Source: Candidatus Poribacteria bacterium
GTDB taxonomy: Bacteria > Poribacteria > WGA-4E > UBA9662
Assembly: GCA_036339735.1 (NCBI GenBank)
Contig: JAYZAL010000089.1
Coordinates: 1-16,068 of the forward strand
DNA: 16,068 bases
Reading direction: 5' to 3'
Part shown: positions 16,068 to 16,068 of the stretch, piece by piece
Numbering within the stretch: position 1 is the stretch's first letter
Layout of the letters: every line of letters starts with the position of its first letter
The notes under the pieces: model-generated
Told to the model about the DNA's origin: nothing
Database searches by the model: none
The model's input: only the letters and a program-made list of their open reading frames with translations
Made by a program: the position numbers and the translations under genes

Positions 16068-16068
16068 T

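Noticed and set aside
1-16068. CRISPR array, tRNA/rRNA, IS element, prophage or defence genes
   Set aside because: No regularly spaced repeats, cloverleafs, terminal inverted repeats, or transposase, integrase or nuclease motifs were seen; all intergenic gaps are 350 nt or less.

Overview
All genes in this AT-rich bacterial window (roughly 40% GC by eye) lie on the + strand. The protein signatures point to Candidatus Poribacteria, which is an inference: NYPNPFNPETWIP C-terminal domains and LamG proteins ending in AV-x-x-K-x-K-[LV]-x-x-[ST]-W-x-x-[IL]-K. Gene order: two large secreted proteins with T9SS-type C-terminal domains (the first cut by the left edge); Gfo/Idh/MocA oxidoreductase; xylose-isomerase-like TIM barrel; LOG-family protein; a second Gfo/Idh/MocA gene directly upstream of a planctomycete-type cytochrome c (PSCyt1/DUF1549/LamG/DUF1553) and DUF1501 pair; two tandem LamG paralogues; a terminator; and the 5' end of a probable lipoprotein missing from the ORF track. 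I saw no rRNA, tRNA, CRISPR or mobile element. The most interesting signals are a ZU5/GAIN-like H-L|S autoproteolysis motif in the first surface protein, modules nested inside shared scaffold domains of the two CTD proteins, a short W-x-x-[IL]-K C-terminal tag that may be a second sorting signal, and several structured UTR elements. All domain calls come from motif recognition, not searches.
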